Assembly (NCBI RefSeq): GCF_009914755.1
Contig: NC_060933.1
DNA from: the human T2T-CHM13v2.0 reference genome, Homo sapiens
Strand: one strand, 5' to 3'
Length of the DNA stretch: 64,000 bases
Both the position numbers and the translations under genes were made by a program. How positions within the stretch are numbered: the stretch's first letter is position 1; every line of letters begins with the position of its first letter. The notes below the pieces were generated by a model. The model was not told the DNA's origin. It worked only from the letters and a program-made list of their open reading frames with translations, and did not search any database. Of the stretch, positions 28,862 to 48,590 are shown one piece after another.

Positions 28862-28929
28862 GTAAGTCTTCTCCTAGGGCTGGCGACTGTCGTGAACACC
28901 AGCCTTCTCACTGGGACTACCTTCAGGAA
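28862..28929. repeat. 68-bp direct repeat, copy 2
   Basis: Matches 24909-24976. Confidence 0.92.
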
Positions 28930-29153
28930 CTCTTGAGGATTTGCTGATCCTCCGCCTCTATACTAAAAGATCCTTGGTTACTGTCTTTTTAAAACTCTTT
29001 TGAAATGTTTTTTTCTGAATCCTTCCTCAGAGTCAGATGGCATCTGTCACTTCTTCCTGCGTCCACAAGCATACTTCTAACAGTTCCTTTCCCTCTAATG
29101 TCTTGCTTCTACTAAGGGTTTATGCTAAGGTGTACAAATTGCATCTAAAGTTA

Positions 29154-30310
<1,157 letters not shown>

Positions 30311-30939
30311 TATTTTAAAACACAGTTCACAGTGTCTTCTCAGAGCATGAGCTCCTGGAAGACATGGATGACAGATGAGCACTCCTCTATATACTGCCTG
30401 CTGCCACAAATAAGAAGCCTCTCAAAATTAAAACACTGATTTTTATAGACCAAAAAATAAAAGAAAAGAAAAAACTAGAGGATAAACTCAAAGTTGATCT
30501 CAGACAGAGCAAGTTCCAGGAAAGTGTTGCTGGCTTCCACCTTGGAGGACTTCTACCTGGAAATCTGCTCGGTACCATATTAAGCAGTTTCAAGAGCCCA
30601 TCAAAGCCCTGGCAAGTTCAAAGTAACCAGAGGCACATTCTAACCTATACCAGAACTATGGTGAAAATGTACTTTGCTGGGAAAGGATTCTGAGTTACTA
30701 AGGCTTCTCAGGAACTACTCCATTCTCTAATGAAAACACTGATCATCTAATGTGGGCAATTAACATGTATTTAGTAGGTTTTTGCCTCCTGTTGCATACT
30801 GAGGAGATCCCACAAGACACCTTCTGCCCAGCATTTTCTTGCTACCATGAATGAATCTATAAAATATTCACATGAATACAAACATGAACTCCAGAATACC
30901 CCAGTTTAAATGAAAATGCATTCACTGGTAAAAGTAATG

Positions 30940-31385
30940 TATTCATTAAATAGTGCCACAAAAGTGCTGCTTAACAGATTCTTCTGAAACTGAAGGTCAT
31001 GCAACAAGAAGCATTTATTCTCGTGTTCATAAGTCTGCAGGTCTGCTGGGACAGCTCAGCCTCAGGCTGTGGGTGTGCGAGTCAGTTGGGGCAGCCCTGC
31101 TCCATATGCCACACTTTCTATTGGGAACAGCAGAAAACCAAGAAATGTTCATGGCAATGCAGAAGCACAAGAGGGCAAGCCAAAACCCACAAGCATATTT
31201 TAAGCCTTTGCCAACATCATGTTCGCTGACATCCCATTGGCCAAAGCAAATCACATGGCCAATCCCAACATCAATAGGACAGGGAAATATAGTCCCTCCC
31301 TAGTGAGAGGAAACAAAAAGTCCCATAGCAAAAGGCAGGGACATAGGAGGGTTGAAGAATTGTGAACAAAAATACAATCTGTCAA
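30940..31385 (-). mobile_element. Old MLT1 MaLR LTR
   Basis: ACATCCCATTGGCCAAAGCAAATCACATGGCC motif. Confidence 0.7.
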
Positions 31386-32053
31386 AGGTAACATTAACTC
31401 ACTGTTAACCAGTTATACGGTGACATTTCTGTTTTAATATTTAACTGGTCTTAAAAGTAAGACACTAAAGGAAGAGGACAGAAGGAAGGGGAAAAGTGAG
31501 ATCTAGAAATGTGTAGCATTTTGGACATTGCCTAGGACAGAGGAAGGGCTAGGGAAGGAGCCACAGTGGCAGTCCCTGGAAAAGAACATCATAAAGCACA
31601 GCATCTTCACAATTGAAATTTGCTGACGAAAATCAGAAATGAAGAGCAAGAAGATAAGACAGCAGGAACACATAGATACATGAAAGATACAAGAAGTCCA
31701 AGAGAATGACAAGTTTTAAGAAAAATCACATACAGAAATGAAGCTGTTCCAGCATAATGTGTTTCTCCATTTGAAACTGGCATTTTTTGTATAATCATCC
31801 CTAGTCTATTACCTGTGGTTTACTATTTATAATCTGAAAGAGCTGTGAGCCACTAGAACAATTTCTCTGCAAGAATCCGCTCTACAAGAAAAAAGAAAAG
31901 TGTGTGTGTATGGGTGTGTGTGTGTGTACACACACAGAATTTTTTTTCAAATCAGGCAGATCAGAACCTCCCTGGAATTTGAACTCCAAATGTAGGGAAA
32001 CAAAATTGAAAATAGTAAGAGCTCACTCATCCTTATGTTTGCCCTAAAGAGGC

Positions 32054-32432
32054 TGTATTAGTCCATTTTCACACTGCTGTAAAGAACTGCCCAAGATTGG
32101 ATAATTTAAAAAGGAAAGAGGTTTAATTGATCATAGTTCAGCATGGTTGTGGAGGCCTCAGGAAACTTACAATCATGGTATGGTGGAAGGCAAAGGGAAA
32201 GCAAGGCACCTTCTTCACAAGCCAGCAGGAAGGAGAAGTGCCAAGTGAAGGGGGAAGAGTCCCTTATAAAACCATCAGATCTCATGAGAACTCACTATCA
32301 TGAGAACAGCATGGGGGAAACTGCCCCTATGATTCAATTACCTCCACCTGGTCTCTCCCTTGACACGTAGGGATTGTGGGGATTATAATTCAAGATGAGA
32401 TTTGGGTGGGGACACAAAGCCTAACCATACCA
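32054..32432 (-). mobile_element. THE1D-like MaLR solo LTR
   Basis: TGTATTAGTCCATTTTCACACTGCT...GAGATTTGGGTGGGGACACA; 5-bp TSD GA(G/A)GC. Confidence 0.9.
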
Positions 32433-33020
32433 GAAGCTGTCCCATGATTACTGATCCCCAGGTCCTCAGAGTTGCTCCAAATTTCTGATCCCTCCAAAGC
32501 CCCTCTCTGAATTCCCTCTCTTCCACATTTCCTTTAACTCTATGAACCATCCCTTCATCCTACCAATACATTTTCAACTTAAATAAGCCAAAATTGACTT
32601 CTGTGGCTTTCAACCACAGAACTGTATCAGGTGCAAGTCCCTTTCCCATTTTCTATTCCCCAAGGAGACAAGAAAGAGTACTAAAGATGCCTTAAAGCAA
32701 ATAACAAGGCATGCCATCACTCAAGAATTTAGTATCTAAATCCACTTCATGAAAATGACTGTTACTATGGCAACTTTTCCATGTGTATTATTCAGTGACT
32801 TTATAATGTATTAACATTTTAAGGTAAACTAAACTGTATTGGCTTATTTGGCCTTGAATCCTTTTTAAATATAGATTGTTTTATCTCATAAAAGTTATCA
32901 GAGCCTCTAGTCCACGATGGCAGAGTGAGCCAGCAAATTTACTTTTCCCTCTAAAATTGCTATGAAAATGACACTATAAAGGAAAGCCCTCCATGCTTAC
33001 CTCCCACCACCACCATTCTA

Positions 33021-33021
<1 letters not shown>

Positions 33022-33053
<32 letters not shown>
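33022..33053. repeat. (CA)n microsatellite
   Basis: Direct AC run. Confidence 0.95.
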
Positions 33054-33058
<5 letters not shown>

Positions 33059-33238
33059 AACCCACTACAGTCCCAGCTCTTGGCATCAAAATCTGTTCTG
33101 ATAATCCAACACGGTTAATATGGGCAATACCCCTCCCATTAATTGATAAATTAAAAATAATCAAAGGAAAATCCTAATTTTTTAAAATAGAATCTGACAA
33201 GTTGCATAGAACATTCATCTGGAAGAGTAACTATTTGA

Positions 33239-33544
<306 letters not shown>

Positions 33545-33595
33545 GAGCTAATAAAATGTTTAAGAAAAAGAACACTGTTCAGATAGGCCGTGACC

Positions 33596-34114
33596 ATAGA
33601 GAAAGTCAAGGTAGGTCACAGTAGAATAGTCCAAAGAGCCCTGGGAGGTGGAGCATAAGGAGGGATGCTCCTATTTCTCATCATTATGAGTCACATGAAC
33701 TTCCTTATTATCTGCATCCAGGACAAATTCAGCCAGAATCTGGGGCAACAAATTGTTCACAAGACCATATGGGACTACTGAGCACCATGTAACTCATTCA
33801 TGTGCCACATAATTCTGAGATTCACCCACTCACTACGTCAGAGAAGAGCTTCATCCTTCCTGAAGAAACCAATCAGGCAGTCAAAGAAGATGAATAAAGG
33901 AGGAAATAAAGAAAGAGGTGAATCCATATATCCTGGTGTCAGTGATGTTTTTACATCTTCAGAGAACCTAAAGAGAATTTTTAATTCCAGCAATAGAGAA
34001 AAACAGAAGATTTTGCATAATGCAGGTCCAAAAAGAAGTGTAAAAAAAAAAAAAGTTTGAACTACAAGTAGCAATCCTATTAATTCTAGAATTTCCACAC
34101 AATGCAAGACCTAG
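33596..34114 (+). pseudogene. MRGBP: Ancient processed pseudogene of MRGBP (MRG/MORF4L-binding protein, Eaf7 family)
   Basis: From 33701 the frame reads FLIICIQDKFSQNLGQQIVHKTIWD, against remembered MRGBP [25 protein letters not shown]. After a frameshift it reads LSTM*LIHVPHNSEIHPLTTSEKSFILPEETNQAVKE against [37 protein letters not shown], then DVFTSS against DVFSSS. It ends SSNP..KT* against NSNP..RT*. Decayed start GACC-ATA at 33596; no introns. Confidence 0.85.
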
Positions 34115-34331
34115 AAGGCATGATACTGGGCACCAAAGAAATGGAAAGGTGATGAGTAGGAAAGGTACAGAAGAAGCTATAGTTGAGAAGATAGAGAATG
34201 AAGCGTGCACCTGCTTGCCTCATCTTCATGGGGGTACTGTATTAGCTTGGCTAGGTTAAACGGAAGTAGGAAAGACAAAAGTAGGGAGGAAGAGGAGAAG
34301 AAAAGGAAGGGAGAATAAAGAATTTCTACAA

Positions 34332-34457
34332 GGCAGGCGTGTTGGCTCATGCCTGTACTCCCAGCTACTCAGAGGCTGAGGCAGGAAGATTGAGCCTAGG
34401 AGTTCAAGACAAGTCTGGGCAACATAGTGAGATCCTATACCTAAAGTTAAAAAAAAT
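34332..34457 (+). mobile_element. FLAM monomer
   Basis: Single Alu-like monomer with an A tail. Confidence 0.75.
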
Positions 34458-34853
34458 AATTTCTAGAAAATTATAGTAATAAAAATTGTGATATGAGTTG
34501 AGTAATTGCTCAATGGAACCAGAACAGGGAGTCCATAACAGACTCATATGTATTGGAATTTAACTTACCATAAACATGGCATTTCAAAGGAATGAGAAAT
34601 GAAGCCTAGTTTAATAAATAAGTTGTAGCAATTAGGTAAAAATTGAAAAAAATAAAGATGCATCCCTACCTCACACTATACCATCCAAAAAAAAAATGCC
34701 AGATATGATAAAGACTTCAAGTCAAAAGACAAAAGTATAAAATTACCAGAAAAAAATGTAAGAACATATGGACAGGAAAGGCCTATTTAAGCAAAACACA
34801 AACATCCAGAAACAATGAAGAAAAAAAGGAAAGAATGCCTAATTTAGCTACAT

Positions 34854-35183
34854 CAGGGTCCCCAACCCCCAGACTGCGGGTCTGTGGCCTATCAGGAACT
34901 GGGTCTCACAGCAAGAGGTGAGGCAATGGAGCATTACTGCCTGATGTCAGATAAGCAGCCACATTAGATTCTCATGAGAGTGTGAACCCTATTGTGAACT
35001 GTGCATGCGAGGGATCTAGGTTGTGTGCTCCTCATGAGAACCTAATATCTGATGATCTGAGGTGGAACAGTTTTATTCTGAAACCATCCATACCCCACCA
35101 ACCATCACCACCAACCAGTCCATGGAAAAACTGTCTTCCACAAAACTGGTTCCTGGTAGGAATAAAAAGGTTGGGGACCACAG
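34854..35183 (+). mobile_element. MER1B-like hAT-Charlie DNA transposon
   Basis: Inverted ends GGTCCCCAACC / GGTTGGGGACC; internal GAACCCTATTGTGAACTG..GAGGGATCTAGGTTG. Confidence 0.85.
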
Positions 35184-35570
35184 AGTTGCATAATTGTTAA
35201 ACTTTGTATAATGAGAGAAATCTTCAAATGAAGTTAAAAGATTGAAACATCTAAATCTGTAACATATTTGCAACATAAGTAATAAATAAGTCAAAAAGAA
35301 AAAGAGAGGCAACTCGATTTTTTTTCTTGTGCAAAGGAACATTGGCAGAGACTTTTCAACATCTCCAATTTTCATTTTGTCCTCCTTCCATAATAATAAA
35401 AATTTTAATTGGACATGTAGTTGCCCAAAATAAAGTGCATATTTCACAGCCTCCCATAAAGCTTAGTCACATGAGGCCATGTGGAGTCACATGGGCTTTC
35501 TGCCCACAGAAAAGTAAGGAGAGAGTCATGCGGAATTTCCAAGAACCTTCTTAACAGATAATCTGTGTGA

Positions 35571-36165
<595 letters not shown>

Positions 36166-36891
36166 TCATGGATCACGTAACCTATCTGCACTCCTAATTT
36201 TTAATAATACAATATCTTTAATATAAAGGAAAAAAAGCAAAGTAATTAAATAAAATACTATGCTCAGACACACCCATACCTACTAGAAAAGAAATCCTAC
36301 TAATCTCCAAACGGCTGTCCCCATCCCCATAAACACTTCTGGAAGCAATAAAGAGCCAAGGAAAGCTTTTCAAGCAGAAAATAACTTCATATCTTAGCCC
36401 AAGTTCCCTAGAAAACAGAGCTTAAGGGTAGGATTAAGGTGCTAAAATTTTATTGGGAAGTAAAGCCTCAGAGCAGTGAAGTGAAGGAAGAATTGAAAAC
36501 AAATGCAACTGCTTACTGCTTTATGACAAGCCATAAAGAGGCAAAGCCCATTTTAGCTTTACTCAAAAGCTAAAAAGTACACTGCTTGGCCACACAAGAT
36601 GTCCCTGGACAGGGTATGTGGGAAAACCATGCCCCGGACAAGTCCATGGAAGGGACTCCTTTCTCCTGCTCGTCAAAGTTGCCCCAGAGGATTTAACCCT
36701 GACTTCTTTACCCAGAAGTAGGGGAGAAGCCAAGAGTATGGTTGGTCGGCCTCAAGTGGAATTGCAGGGGCTTGCATAGAACAATAATCCAAGGGTCTGT
36801 GAAATTGATCAAGCTGAGAGAATCTACAGAGGTAGGGAAGATGTGTCTGATATACATGGTTAGATTTGCGTTTTCAAAAAAATAATCCCTA

Positions 36892-37270
<379 letters not shown>

Positions 37271-37375
37271 ATAATTCAGCAATCACTGCAGAAACTCAAC
37301 CCTGTCAACTGAGCCAAATTTCTGAAAAGAAAATAAATTGTTACTTATTTTTAAATAAAAAAGAACCTTATTTAC

Positions 37376-37724
37376 TGTTGGGAGAAAAAGCTGAGTGTCC
37401 GGAGAGAAGCTGAGGCAGGGCTTGCATGTCTGCTAGACTTGCTTGGCTCCTTGCTTCTAGCACTCCCATTATCTCAAGCCGCCATATGTTTTTCATTCAC
37501 TTGATACACTGTTTCCTTTCAACCCCCACATCCTCACCACCTGTTTCTTTGTTTGAGCACCACTAAATAGTGTGGGCTCCCAAAGCTCTGGGCCTTCACA
37601 GGCTCCACACTCAGGATGGCCCCCTGGTCCGACTTTCTCTCTCAAACTGTCTTTTTCTCATTCCTTTGACTCAGCAGGACTTCGTTGCCCCCACGACCTG
37701 GTGTTGGGTCTGATCACCCCAACA
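37376..37724 (+). mobile_element. LTR14A-like (HERV-K14/HML-1) solo LTR
   Basis: TGTTGGGAGAAAAAGCTGAG...GGTCTGATCACCCCAACA; TSD TTTAC (37371-37375 and 37725-37729). Confidence 0.85.
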
Positions 37725-38447
37725 TTTACAGATAACAAGTAAAAAATAATCATAAGTAAACAGACAACATGCTGCTTAGAAATGGAAGAATCATGCTTAG
37801 AAATGGAAGAATTGTTCTTAGAAACACTGGAAAGGATATCATCAGGGTTTTCTAGCGCAGTCAGTAAAGTTCGGATCAGAAAACTTCTCCTACTCCACAT
37901 GCCCTTATCACACTCCCACTCAGTGTGTAAATGATTGCCTGAAGTGTGGACGGTGTGTGCCTGTATATCAAAGATATGAAATAAACATCAGTAGGATCCT
38001 TATGATGCACTCAGAGAGCAGGGGTAGTGTCTTTAGCTAGAGGAGTAGCTGTAACTTTGTCTCCGTTTGTTATGTTTGAAGGCATGTAGTTTGCTCTCTG
38101 ATATACCAGAATCCAATTAACTCAAATGGTTTATAGACCACACAAATACGAGGCAGTACCTGCTGTCCAATGCCTACCACGCTGCAGGTACTCAACAAAT
38201 GTTAACAAAATCCATTTGTTTATTTATGCAACCAACATTTATTGAATGCCAAATATGTGCCAAACACTGTTCTAGACATTGGAGATAGAGCAAACACATT
38301 TTTAAAATTTCTCTTTTTTGTATTATAAAAGTATTAAAGATTGTGCACAAAAGCAATACAGGGATATATTAAAAAAAAAAAAAAAACTTAATCAGCCCCG
38401 TCCATACCCCACATCTTCCAAACCTACCCCTCTGAGGTAACCAATTA

Positions 38448-39860
<1,413 letters not shown>

Positions 39861-39862
39861 AG

Positions 39863-40160
39863 GCCTGGGTACCGTGGCTCATGCCTCTAATCCTAACACT
39901 TCAGGAGGCCAAGGCAGGAGGATCTCTTGAGGCCAGGAGTTTGAGACCATCCTGGGCAACATAGCAAGGCCTCGTCTTTAAAAAAAATTAGCTGGGTATA
40001 GTGGTGCGTGCCTGTATTCCTTATTACTTGGGAAACTAAGGCAGGAGGATCCCTTGAGCCCAGGAGTATGAGGCTGCAGTACAGCTATGCTCCTGCCACT
40101 GCACTCCAGCCTGGGCAACAGAGCAAGACCCTGTCTCTGAAAATAAATAAATAAATAAAT
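39863..40160 (+). mobile_element. AluJ
   Basis: Full-length Alu with a (TAAA)n tail. Confidence 0.88.
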
Positions 40161-40474
40161 TTTAAAAAATCTTTAAATAGATTTTATGATTCCAAGTCAT
40201 TAAAGAACATGAGATGTCTTTCCATTTGTTCAGATAACATTTATAATTTTAATTGAGCTTTTATAACTTTAAATAGGTCTTATATCTTATTAATTTTACT
40301 GTCAAGGTGAAACTATTTTGATTTCTGAAATTTGCTTTAAAGTAGTACTACAGTAGGTAAGGTGGAGAGGCAGGATGAAACAAGAAGGGCAGAATATTGA
40401 CGATTGTTGAAGCTGGTTATGGGTACTATTCTCTGGGTTTTTGTGGATGGTTTGGTATTTTGAAATTATACTCC

Positions 40475-42047
<1,573 letters not shown>

Positions 42048-42059
42048 AAATTACACTCC

Positions 42060-42786
42060 TAAGTATTTTAAGCTTGTATAAAACTGTAGAAAATAAAATA
42101 GTTTTCTAATTTCCTTTCAAAGTACTTACTGCTAATACGGAGAGAAGTTGGTGCTTTTTGTATATTTATCTTGCATCTGCCCACTTTTCCAAAATGACCT
42201 ACAATTCAAATAGTTTATTACTAAAGTCCCTCGAGTTTTCTAGGCAAACAATGAAGTCACATAGACAAACATAAATAGTTTTATTTCGTCTTCTTCAAAG
42301 TTTATGGCAATTATTTTCTTACCTTACTTTGACAATGTAACATAATAATAGCACATGGACATCCTTTTCTAATTTCTGATTTCAATGAAATGATTTCAGA
42401 GTTTTGCTATTTAGAACAATATTTGCTATTGGGTTTAGAGATACAGTCCTTATCCTAGATAAGTAGTTTCCTTGTATTGTTACTTAGACTTGTTTTTAAT
42501 AGAAAAGTCATCACACCCTATTGGCTTAGAATTTTTATTAGGAATGGCTATTAAATTTTATAAAATGTTCCTCCAGTGTATATTGACAGGATCATATGGT
42601 TTTTCCTTTATAGTATTATCATAATTCATTACTAACGGTAATAGATGTCTTGATAGTGAACCAGCCTGTACACCTGAAATATATAGAATAGGGCATAATT
42701 AAAATACTCTATAGCAGTATATTATTATTATATAACTTGATTTTTATTAATACTTTATTTAGAATTTTTGCATCTGTATTAATAAG
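42060..42786 (-). mobile_element. Old L1M ORF2 fragment
   Basis: T-rich decayed reverse L1 sequence. Confidence 0.6.
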
Positions 42787-43584
42787 TGTAAGGTTACATA
42801 AATAACCTAAGTGTTTTTTCTACTCTCTACTCCCGCAGAGTCACTCAACATTTGTGACACCGGATGTGTGGGTTTTTCCCCACACACCAAGACAGTTCTG
42901 CAGATGATTCTCCAGTGGACACCAGCTAGATGGCTGCCAATTCAATTTAACTCTGACACTATCCACCTGGAGATTGCATCCCACAGGTGAGGGCTCAGTC
43001 CCACAAGACTGCCCCCACCACTGCAGATGCTGGTTGCAAGCACAGATTGTGGCCTGTGCTTCTGACCAACCAGCTCTAAGTCACGGTTTCCACAACTCCC
43101 TCCTGGGATTCAATTAATTTGCTAAAGCAGCTTACAGAACTCAGGGAAACACTTACTTACATTGACCCATTTATTATAAAGGATACAGATGAACAGCCAG
43201 CTGGAAGAGATGCATACCACAAGGCATGTGGGAAGGGAAGCAGAGATTCCATGCCCTTCTGGGGTGCCACCCTCCAGGAAACTCCATATGTTCAGCTATC
43301 CAGAAGCTCTTCTGAACCCTGTCTTTTCGTTTTTATGAAGGCTTCATACCTGATTACATCACTACCCATTGGTGATCAACTCAACTTTCAGCCCCTCTTC
43401 TCTCCCTAGAGGCTGGAGGGTGGGGCTGGAAGTTGGAGCCCTCTAATCATGCCTTGGCCTTTCCAGTGACCAGCCCTCATCCTGAAGATCTCTAGGGGCT
43501 CCCAGCCACCAGTCACCTCATTGGCATATAAAAGATATTCTTACTACTCCAGAGATGCCAAGGGAGCTTTTTGCTAGTATCACA
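42787..43584 (-). mobile_element. MER21-family LTR
   Basis: GGGCTCAGTCCCACAAGACTGCCCCCAC and ACAGAACTCAGGGAAACAC motifs. Confidence 0.82.
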
Positions 43585-43811
43585 ATAAGTAATCTCAAGA
43601 GAACAGGGACTTAACCTGTTTTGTTCCCTGCTATATTCCCTGCCCCTAGAACAGTAACAGACATTCTTAGTAGGTGCTCAATAAACATTTGCTGAATGCA
43701 TGTGCAAGTGAAATTAGTCTATGATACCCTTTTCTTTGCATCCTCTGTACCTGATTGAACTATGAAAGCTGTGCTGGCTTTATTAAAGGAGCTTTCCATC
43801 CTGTTTTATGG

Positions 43812-44136
43812 GTTGTTGTTGTTGTTGTTGTTGTTTTGTTTGTTTGTTTGTTTTTTCAGATGGAGTCTCGCTCTGTCGCCCAGGCTGGAGTGCAATGGTG
43901 TGATCTTGGCTCACTGAAACCTCCGCCTCCCAGGTTCAAGGGATTCTCTTGCCTTAGCCTCCCAAGGAGCTGGGATTACAGGTGCACAGCCACCATGCCC
44001 TGCTAATTTTTGTATTTTTAGTAGAGACAGGGTTTCACCATGTTGGCCAGGCTGGTTAGGAAGTCCTGACCTCAAGTGATCCACCCACCTCAGCCTCCCA
44101 AAGTGCTGGGATTACAGGTGTGAACCACCGCCCGGC
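43812..44136 (-). mobile_element. AluS with a (GTT)n tail
   Basis: Reverse full-length Alu. Confidence 0.92.
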
Positions 44137-44169
44137 CTGTTTTATGGTCTTGAGTCATTTAAATCCTTG

Positions 44170-44325
44170 CAGTGCAAAGAGCATGGACCAGTAACATCAG
44201 CATCACCGTCTGACAGCTTTTAAGAAATACAGAATTTCAGGTTCCACCTCAGACCTATTGAATCACAGTGTGCAGTTTAACAAGATTTCCAGGTGATTCC
44301 TATTGATGTTTGATATGTACTGGTT
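44170..44325. mobile_element. MER5A-like hAT element
   Basis: CATCAGCATCACC..CTCAGACCTATTGAATCA..CCAGGTGATTC. Confidence 0.7.
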
Positions 44326-44533
44326 TAAATAACACTGTATTACCTGCTTTTTAAAAAATAGTCAGGTCACATTGAGCTGGGAAATCACCTGGCACCAGCT
44401 CTTTTTTAAGGATAGAGCTATAATCATTTCTCCAACCTCTTATGGTAATGAGTCTGTTCAAGTTTTCAGCTTCTCTTTATGTCACTTTTATTCATTTATA
44501 TTTTGCTAGGAAATCCTCAATATTTCCAAATAG

Positions 44534-44862
<329 letters not shown>

Positions 44863-44910
44863 AACATTCTCTTTAAATCATTTTTAACCTTTTCTATTTC
44901 TGTGGTTATG

Positions 44911-45895
44911 CGTGGGGAAAAGAAAGAGAGATCAGATTGTTACTGTGTCTATGTAGAAAAGGAAGACATAAGAAACTCCATTTTGATCTGTACGAAGAAA
45001 AATTGTTTTGCTTTGAGATGCCGTTAACCTGTAACTTTAGCCCCAACCCTGTGCTCACAGAAACATGTGCTGTATTGAATCAAACTTTAACGGATTTAGG
45101 GCTGTGCGGGATGTTTCTTGTTAACAATATGTTTGCAGGCAGTATGCTTGGTAAAATTCATCACCATTCTCCATTCTCGATTAACCAGGGACACAATGCA
45201 CTGCGGAAAGCCGCAGGGACCTCTGCCCAAGAAAGCCTGGGTATTGTCCAAGGTTTCCCCCAACCGAGACAGCCTGAGATATGGCCTTGTGGGAAAGACC
45301 TTACCATCCCCCAGCCCGACATCCCTGAAGGGTCTGTGCTGAGGAGGAGTAGTGAAAGAGGGAGGCCTCTTTGCAGTTGGGATAAGAGGAAGGCTTCTGT
45401 CTCCTGCGCATACCTGGGAATGGAATGTCTCGGTTTAAAGCCGACCATTCCCATTCGTTCTATTCTGAGAAAGGAGAAAACCACCCTGTGGCTGGAGGCG
45501 AGATATGCTGGCAGCAATACTGCTCTGTTACTCTTTGCTACACTGAGATGTTTGTGTAAAGTGAAACATAAATGTGGCCTATGTGCACATCCAGGCACAG
45601 TACCTTTCCATGAAATTATTCATGATACAGATTCCTTTGCTTACATGTTTCCCTGCTGACCTTCACCTGTTGCCCTGCTACACTTGCCTTGCTAAGACAG
45701 TAAAAATAATGATCAATAAATACTGAGGGAACTCAGAGACCAGTGCCGGTGCAGGTCCTCGCATGCTGAGCGTGCCGGTCCCCTGGGCCCACTGTTCTTT
45801 CTCTATGCTTTGTCTCTGTGTCCTATTTCTTTTCACAGTCTCTCGTCCCACCTGACGAGAAATACCCACACGTGTGGAGGGGCAGGCCCCCTTCA
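44911..45895 (+). mobile_element. HERV-K(HML-2) solo LTR, LTR5A-like
   Basis: (C)GTGGGGAAAAGAAAGAGAGATCAGATTG...GGCAGGCCCCCTTCA; AATAAA at 45715; perfect 6-bp TSD GTTATG (44905-44910 and 45896-45901). Confidence 0.93.
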
Positions 45896-45966
45896 GTTAT
45901 GTCTCTTTCTTACTCAAAATATCATATAATTGTGCTTTCTTTTTTCTTTAACCTGGTTAGTGATGA

Positions 45967-46314
<348 letters not shown>

Positions 46315-46714
46315 TATATGACCTTTTGGTACATAGTTTTTGCTTTCTATTTTGTTAATTTTGGCCTTAATTTTGTAACTTCCCTTTTCCTAATTTCTCT
46401 TGGTTAAATTTCTCTTTATTTTTTACATATTTTTTCTAAGTTCTTAAGATGAGTTTATCTTCAGTCTCTTGTCTGTACAATGAAAGCTATTTAAATCAAT
46501 CTACTTTATTCTGAAAATAGCTTTTGCTATATCCTACAGATTCTTGTATAAAATGTTAGACTTTACATTACTAAGCGTGCAAGTTCAGCATTGATTTCTG
46601 TAATAATCCAAAAGTTATCTGGCAGTATAATTCTTCACATCCAAATGGTCAAGATTTTTAGATACTTTTTAAATTATTAATTTATAATTTTAATTATGTT
46701 CAAATACTGTGGCC

Positions 46715-47460
<746 letters not shown>

Positions 47461-47509
47461 TGGCCTGTGGTATACCTCTTCTATTTTTTAATGTATCAAG
47501 AATTGCTTA

Positions 47510-47830
47510 GGCCAGGTGTGGTGGCTCAAACCTGTAATCCCAACACTTTGGGAGGCTGGTGGGGTGGGGAAGGATCAGAATCACTTTAGGGTAGGAGTTT
47601 GAGACCAGCTTGGGTAACATAGTGAGACCTCATCTCGACAAAAAATTTAAAAATTGAAATTAGCTGGACATGGTGCCATGCACCTATAGTCCTAGCTACT
47701 CAGGAGGCTGAGGCGGGAGAATTGCTTGGGTCCAGGAGTTTGAAGTTACAGTGAGCTATGATCGTGACACTGCACTCCAGCTTGGGTGACAGAGGGAGAC
47801 CCTATCTCCAGGGGAAGAAAAGAAAAAGAA
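47510..47830 (+). mobile_element. AluJ
   Basis: Diverged full-length Alu. Confidence 0.85.
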
Positions 47831-48036
47831 TTTCTTTGTGGCCAAATATGGGATCAACTATTTTAAAGGTACTATGATCATATGGGAAATGTGTATCTTC
47901 TCTATTCAAAGAATATAAAGATCTTTCTAGATCCTCTACACGTAAGTGTATGTATGCACGTGGGTGCACACACACACACAAATGTTTACTGAATTGCTCG
48001 ATTCCTAAATGTCCTTATTTTTTCGCCTCCTGGATT

Positions 48037-48590
48037 CATTACCGGAAAAGGAGTCTTGATCCAGACCCCAAGAGAGGGTTCTTGGGTCTCACGCAGGAAG
48101 GAATTCAAGGTGAGTCACAGAGTGCAGTGAAAGAAGCAAGTTATTTAGAAGCTACTCCCTTCCAGAGTACAGCACCCTCAGAAGGCAAGCAGAGGAACGC
48201 ACCATCTTTGCTTTAAGTTTTTCTTATGTAGGGGGTCTTATGTATATAAAGACTAAGCTAAGCTGAGTCTACATGAGGGTGAGCAGACAGCATGACAAAA
48301 TGTGTAATACTGATTTAAATAAAACTATCCTCGACATTCTAGTGTGTGAGTACCTCAAACCATAACTACAATTATATTCAAAGCACATACTGTTATGGAT
48401 ATCAGGACATCTGGACTTTCTGTTATTGTAGGAGTGTGTCCTTGCAGGCGTTAACAAGCTGCTACTTTAGCTGTAAACATCTAAGGACCATGGGTCATGA
48501 CTGGCAAGGAATGTGCCTTGCTAGTTTCAAGATGGAGGTGATTTTAAAATGGTATCATCCTGGCTCCTCTAGGCTCCTGCTTCCCTAACA
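48037..48590 (-). mobile_element. MER41-group (D/E-like) ERV1 solo LTR
   Basis: GATCCAGACCCCAAGAGAGGGTTCTTGG end motif; minus strand begins TGTTAGGGAAGCAGGAGCCTAG. Confidence 0.75.

Noticed and set aside
44937-45659. 240-aa ORF
   Set aside because: It lies entirely inside the LTR5 solo LTR, starts at TTG and has no recognisable domain.
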